A DNA stretch of 64,000 nt from positions 472,011 to 536,010 of the forward strand of contig NW_003314324.1 of the NCBI RefSeq assembly GCF_000143415.4, written 5' to 3'. Shown here in pieces: positions 61,443 to 64,000 of this stretch. Under the pieces are notes generated by a model that saw only the letters and a list, made by a program, of their open reading frames with translations, made no database searches and was not told the DNA's origin. The position numbers and the translations under genes were made by a program. This DNA is from Selaginella moellendorffii. Its lineage: Eukaryota; Plantae; Lycopodiophyta. Within the stretch, counting starts at the first letter, position 1. Each line of letters begins with the position of its first letter.

Positions 61443-62692
61443 CACTAGAACCCTAAGCTTTTCAAAATTTAGGGCTCCTCAACTTGGGCTATGGCGGGAA
61501 AAGTTGGGCAGTTAACGTGCTACCAATTTCAACAAGATACTAATGCAGAGGTGGAACCATCAAGCAATGGGGTCTTTGCAGCAACTCTTTTTGACTCTCT
61601 TTAGCAAATCTAGAAATTTTTCTTCATAGAATATACATAACTGTGCAAGCTCCAGCTATCAGGGGTTTATTGGGTAAATTCATAGTTCTAACCATCCAAG
61701 CTAGTATGCCTAGCTAACTACTCAAGCAAATCATATCAATGTACTAAATTTCTAAACAACTAGCAAAAATATTTTTTTGTGCTGTGTAGCAATTTAAAAC
61801 ATATTAATAATATAATAAAATTTAATAAGTGATGATTAGTGGTTTTAGTTTGCTTAAGCAAACCTGAATGTATCTAGAATATATTTAAATATTTTAGGAT
61901 ATTCTACCATCTAATGGTTGTTTATCATTTAGATTAATCTTGTATTTATAATTTATAAACTTGCTTAAACACTTTCTAGTATATTCATTTTTATTCTACC
62001 AAGATTAATCTTGTGTTTATAAATTATAAACATGCTTATAATTATAGATTTTTATTTGATCATATGGATTAATAAGTAGGAATATCATACTATTATGCAA
62101 ACCAAGCATTGGTGCATGCAACACATAGCAAATTTTTATTGTTATGACTACCAAATATTATAAACATATAATAATATATATATAATTAAATAAAAACTAA
62201 AAAACTATAATATAATTTCTTTTTAGATTGGTATTCAAAATATTTGTGAGAATTGATCCAAGCATGTGATTGCCAAATATTATCTTGCTCATCACATTTT
62301 AAATTAAGTGCTAATGGCTGAAACTATCAGTAAAGACCAAGGTCTAGCTTTTGAGCTTCCCATCATATTTGGTCCAAAACTAAAGAAGGATGATCTGCAA
62401 AACTGTCTCAATGATGAGGAGATTTTTGATCCACAACACACGTTTCTAAGTTTGTAGTAGTTTGTAGGAGGGGCGTGGATGTGGTTCACCAAAGTTCATC
62501 TAAAATAGTAGTATTAAACCTTTGTCCAAGATGTTGGTGTTACCACAGTAGAAATGCAAAGCCATGTCTAGAACTTACAAAGAAAATAAGATTTGTCAAC
62601 TTGCTAGAAACAATAAACTTCCAATTAAGTGTTCATCTTTTTTCATGTTTATCCGAAAATACAGCAACATTTTCATGCTTTCATAGCAAGTT

Positions 62693-63929
62693 TCAAAGCT
62701 TTCCTGCACAGACCCTTGGTCTGTCACTAAAGTAGCGAGTGAAAGAGGCATTATCGAGCAGTTTTTTCTTGTGAGTTTTCGACAGCCAGATGTGTACGTC
62801 GGTGCCCCTGCTCCGATCGATCTCAACTCTTGGGCTGGAGCTGGAAACAGGGCTACAGACGAAGGCCACATAGCAGAAGGAAGAAGCTGAGCTAATGCAC
62901 CGCCGCATCCAAAATCAATGGCATAGAATGAAAACCTCCTCAGAGATGTGGAGGCCAAACCTCGCTTCCAGTGCAGCGTCGGTAGCAGTGCGGCATGGAT
63001 TAGCTTGGCAGCGAAGCGCTTGTCACTCGCGACTTCTCCCGCGCTGGCAGCGTATGCCTGGCATGGAACGAACGCATTGCCAAAGTAGTCTTCCGGGATC
63101 TGGGGCGCAAATCTGCCTTTTCTTCGCAAGTTGATAGGCAGCATGTAGGAAGTATCAAGATGCCTGGTAAAGGCTTTTGCTGTGGTTATAGACGACCACA
63201 GCAATGCCGAGACCGCCTCAAAGGTGGTGGCTCTCCCCTAGCCGAACTTGGTGGAGCTTTCGATCTCTCGGACGCCTCGATGGCCTCTTTGCCCATCCGC
63301 AGCATCATATACTCGTCAGGCTGTGCGTTTTCCACGAGGAAAGGCACCTGGGGAGAGCAGCGAACTTGCGAAGTCCTGGCGTTGATCGTCGCGACCCACG
63401 GTGGATCTCACTCCATCTCGTGAGAAATTTGACGAGGCTGTACCCGTCCATGATCACGTGTAGAAAGCGGAAGCCAATGGCCACTCCTCCACAGCCAAAC
63501 GTTGTCACCTGGACTTGCATCAATGGCATCTGGGAGAGATCAGCATGCCCACCGCAGCCATAAAGCGAGAAATCGACCGAAAATGGGCACTGCCTGATGT
63601 CCGACCACCCGTTGAGCCTCGCATCGCTCCCGGATTCATGAAGCTCACGCCTTGGGAGTTGACATTCACCTCGAGCTTGGAAGATCCCTTGCCGTGGCAA
63701 ATCCGGCCAGCGAGAACAGGGAACTCGGCCAGTGCTTTGGACAGGGACGACTTAAGGCCTTGGTGGGGCTCTCGCTCGCCATGCGGAAGAAGAGCACAAA
63801 CTCAAGATAGTCTGGCCTGGGGCTGCAATTGATGAGGTCGAGATTGGTGAGCTCATAGTTGCAGCCAGGGGACGATGAGATCACTGGAGTTACCAAGTGA
63901 ATTTGGGACACGATAGGCACATCCATCAT
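62693..63929 (-). pseudogene. BAHD acyltransferase, frameshifted
   Basis: QVTTFGCGG..HVIMDG (HxxxD), YFGNA and DFGCG (DFGWG-like) motifs fall in different frames. Confidence 0.85.
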
Positions 63930-64000
63930 TCACAACAATGCAAATTGGGCTTGCGTTGGCTTCTTGATTGAGTCAATTGTACGTGTGAGTCCCTCAACCT

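Noticed and set aside
44526-63929. Biosynthetic gene cluster (DXS + BAHD)
   Set aside because: No terpene synthase or P450, the BAHD is broken, and the intervening genes are unrelated.

Overview
Eukaryotic land-plant nuclear DNA. The ~50-bp introns, compact gene packing and many S-motif-rich PLS-class PPR genes suggest a lycophyte such as Selaginella (inference). Bases 1-38 kb are a nest of LTR retroelements. A decayed chromoviral Ty3/gypsy has its 3' LTR interrupted by a non-coding (LARD-like) relative. A decayed Ty1/copia is interrupted by a second, young LARD with perfect TSDs. There are also two further gypsy relics, at least three TRIM families and solo LTRs. This half also holds one intact-looking gene for an apolipoprotein N-acyltransferase (Lnt)-like membrane nitrilase-family protein, a PPR pseudogene and an internally inverted calnexin fragment. 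Bases 39-64 kb are a dense gene island: PPRs, a divergent pair of Met-Cys glycine-rich peptides, calnexin, DXS, tRNA-Asn, an ATL RING-H2 ligase, an uncharacterised protein, LQY1, CCB4, CLP1 and a BAHD pseudogene. The most unusual signals are (1) a miniature LTR element whose 120-bp LTR is essentially a tRNA-derived Pol III unit, a tRNA analogue of 5S-bearing Cassandra; (2) the Lnt-like gene; (3) operon-like 54-80-nt spacing of co-oriented genes; and (4) the Met-Cys peptide pair. All calls are by eye, with no database searches.
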